Source of the DNA: Abditibacteriaceae bacterium
GTDB taxonomy: Bacteria > Armatimonadota > Abditibacteriia > Abditibacteriales > Abditibacteriaceae
Assembly (NCBI GenBank): GCA_031372065.1
Contig: JANMKN010000239.1
Location: 1 to 14,614 of the forward strand
DNA: 14,614 nucleotides
Reading direction: 5' to 3'
A model generated the notes under the pieces. The model searched no databases. It saw only the letters and a program-made list of their open reading frames with translations, and had not been told where the DNA came from. Below, piece after piece: positions 14,491-14,614 of the stretch. Each line of letters begins with the position of its first letter. Positions within the stretch are counted from its first letter, which is position 1. Both the position numbers and the translations under genes were made by a program.

Positions 14491-14524
14491 AGAATGCCCC
14501 ACTGCTTGCGGTGGGGATGAATGG
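14491..14524. mobile_element. Hairpin resembling an IS200/IS605-family subterminal palindrome
   Basis: AGAATG-CCCCACTGC-TT-GCGGTGGGG-ATGAATGG; resemblance recalled from known element ends; no transposase in the window. Confidence 0.4.
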
Positions 14525-14526
14525 CC

Positions 14527-14604
14527 GAGTTTGAAACAGGCTCGATGCCTGTTTCAAACTCTTCCTGAGTCTGTCGAGTGGACTCGATGTCCACTCGACA
14601 GACT
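14527..14604. repeat. Two tandem perfect hairpins with identical TCGAT loop
   Basis: GAGTTTGAAACAGGC-TCGAT-GCCTGTTTCAAACTC (14527-14561) and AGTCTGTCGAGTGGAC-TCGAT-GTCCACTCGACAGACT (14568-14604). Confidence 0.85.
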
Positions 14605-14614
14605 GTTTGGTCGT

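Overview
Bacterial window with all supported genes on the + strand and three parts. (1) A sigma70-type promoter drives tRNA-Lys(CTT), followed by a DUF58/vWA-type gene with no adjacent MoxR. (2) A Wsp/ACF-like chemosensory cluster runs cheW - cheR(TPR) - cheW - MCP - cheA(REC). It has no cheB or output regulator, and a GNAT gene follows cheA instead. Its CheA carries a ~100-aa linker with 14 [D/E]RR motifs, and a 21-bp tandem array encoding a heptad peptide sits between cheR and the second cheW. (3) A probable envelope redox-stress module: ECF sigma, zinc-finger (HxxxCxxC) anti-sigma, exported thioredoxin-like protein, cytochrome b, a 53-aa membrane peptide missing from the ORF track, a Tat-exported MsrP/YedY-like molybdoenzyme and a secreted Met-rich CxxC protein. 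Two identically spaced GGGAAC-N16-GTGTT promoters lie in this module. The last ~470 bp are non-coding and palindrome-rich: a 40-bp terminator, a 146-bp MITE-like element, an IS200/IS605-like end hairpin and two hairpins sharing the loop C-TCGAT-G. All family calls come from motif recognition by eye; no searches were run.
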